Below are positions 63,221 to 64,000 of a stretch of 64,000 nt of DNA, in pieces. Positions within the stretch are counted from its first letter, which is position 1. The number at the start of each line of letters is the position of its first letter. Source of the stretch: Armatimonadota bacterium (GTDB lineage Bacteria; Armatimonadota; UBA5829; DSUL01); the NCBI GenBank assembly GCA_039811685.1, contig JBDHZC010000002.1, positions 520,371 through 584,370 of the forward strand. Direction: 5' to 3'. The position numbers and the translations under genes were made by a program. The notes beneath the pieces were generated by a model. The model was given only the letters and a program-made list of their open reading frames with translations. It ran no database searches and was not told the DNA's origin.

Positions 63221-64000
63221 GTGTCATCACATTCCAAATCGCTGACATCTGGAGACCCTGAGGAACTGGTGCGCTCCGAAACCATCAATCCTGTCTTTCA
63301 AGCTGTGATCGACATTGAAGACGCTGGCTTTCTGCTCCTGGATATCTCCGGGCACGTAACCTACGCCAGCGAAGTTGCCCGGGAGATGCTGAGTCTGCCT
63401 TCTGTAGACTCCGCACGCCTTCCTCTTGAGGCCCTGGCCTTCACAGTGCTGACCCGGCTGTATCACTCTGCTCTTCTGAACCAGGGTGAAGTCTTTGTGG
63501 CTGACGTTGTCCTGCCGGAAACGGGCGAACCTGGACAGCTCAGAGTGAAGAGTTTCGCTTCTTCAGATGGCTCTGTCGCCGGAGCGCTGGCGGTTCTGCG
63601 CAGCACCAGAAAGGAGCGGGAGCTGGACAGAATGAAGGCGGATTTTCTGGCTATAGTCTCGCATGAATTGCGCACCCCTCTGACCAGCATTCTGGGCTAT
63701 TCCAACCTTCTGTACGAAGCGGGTGAGGCTATCAGTCCAGAAGATCAGAAACAGTTTCTCCAGACGATAGAAAATCAGGGCAGGGTGCTGCTGGAGCTTA
63801 TCAACGACTTACTGGAGATGGCGAAGCTGGACTCAGACCAGTTGAAGCTGGAGAAGGAAGCCTGCCCGCCGGGTGCTATCCTCAGCTCGGTCATGAATGA
63901 ATACGCGTCGCGCGCTGAGGAAGCTGGAATTGATTTGCGCATGGAATGCGAGTGCGATCTTCTGGCGCACTGCGACCCGACGCGGATACAACAAGCGATC
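63221..64000 (+). CDS. Sensor histidine kinase, partial (PAS-like sensor plus HisKA; continues beyond window end)
   Basis: H-box FLAIVSHELRTPLTSILGY. The upstream PAS-like region includes LLDISGHVTYASEVAREML. In-frame stop at 63113-63115; the first start codon is GTG 63221. Confidence 0.75.
   Translation, partial: MSSHSKSLTSGDPEELVRSETINPVFQAVIDIEDAGFLLLDISGHVTYASEVAREMLSLPSVDSARLPLEALAFTVLTRLYHSALLNQGEVFVADVVLPETGEPGQLRVKSFASSDGSVAGALAVLRSTRKERELDRMKADFLAIVSHELRTPLTSILGYSNLLYEAGEAISPEDQKQFLQTIENQGRVLLELINDLLEMAKLDSDQLKLEKEACPPGAILSSVMNEYASRAEEAGIDLRMECECDLLAHCDPTRIQQAI

Overview
High-GC (about 60-65%) bacterial chromosomal window. Prepilin-type DUF1559 proteins, a PEP-CTERM protein and giant repeat proteins suggest a PVC-superphylum or Armatimonadota-like genome (inference only). 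All calls are from reading the sequence and the supplied ORF track; no searches were run.

The left third (1-21.6 kb) is an accessory, cell-surface-oriented region with these genes:
- a partial giant secreted protein on the minus strand: a PQQ-like beta-propeller followed by at least 13 tandem 101-aa FN3 domains (303-bp DNA repeats);
- a 1001-aa secreted protein built from about 14 copies of a roughly 55-aa repeat;
- a PQQ-propeller protein ending in a PEP-CTERM sorting signal;
- a 1349-aa S8 subtilase carrying two CUB-like domains;
- a parallel beta-helix protein;
- a pectate-lyase-superfamily lipoprotein.

Three of these proteins end in the same roughly 190-aa C-terminal module, which I cannot assign to a known family. 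It is the best candidate here for an undescribed surface-sorting or anchoring system.

The rest of the window holds an orphan ABC sugar-permease pair, an NlpC/P60 peptidase, two DUF1559 pseudopilin-like genes, an M14-like peptidase, sat, a 1395-aa secreted glycoside-hydrolase-like protein with CBMs, and a transglutaminase-like protein. After these come a complete F1Fo ATP synthase operon (atpZ-atpI-atpBEFHAGDC, minus strand), a FlgM-like anti-sigma factor, an AhpD-like protein, kdsA, and a stomatin/NfeD pair. The right end carries ligA, VanZ, DUF1844, HIT, family-4 UDG, parAB, a GCS2 ligase, psd, a GT2, ruvB, two TPR proteins, and a partial PAS histidine kinase.

Two short tandem DNA repeats (14 bp and 16 bp) sit directly in the 5' leader regions of a pseudopilin gene and the histidine kinase gene. 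No tRNA, rRNA or CRISPR array was recognised.

Many long ORFs in the supplied track are antisense shadows of real genes, which is typical of high-GC DNA, and were rejected.
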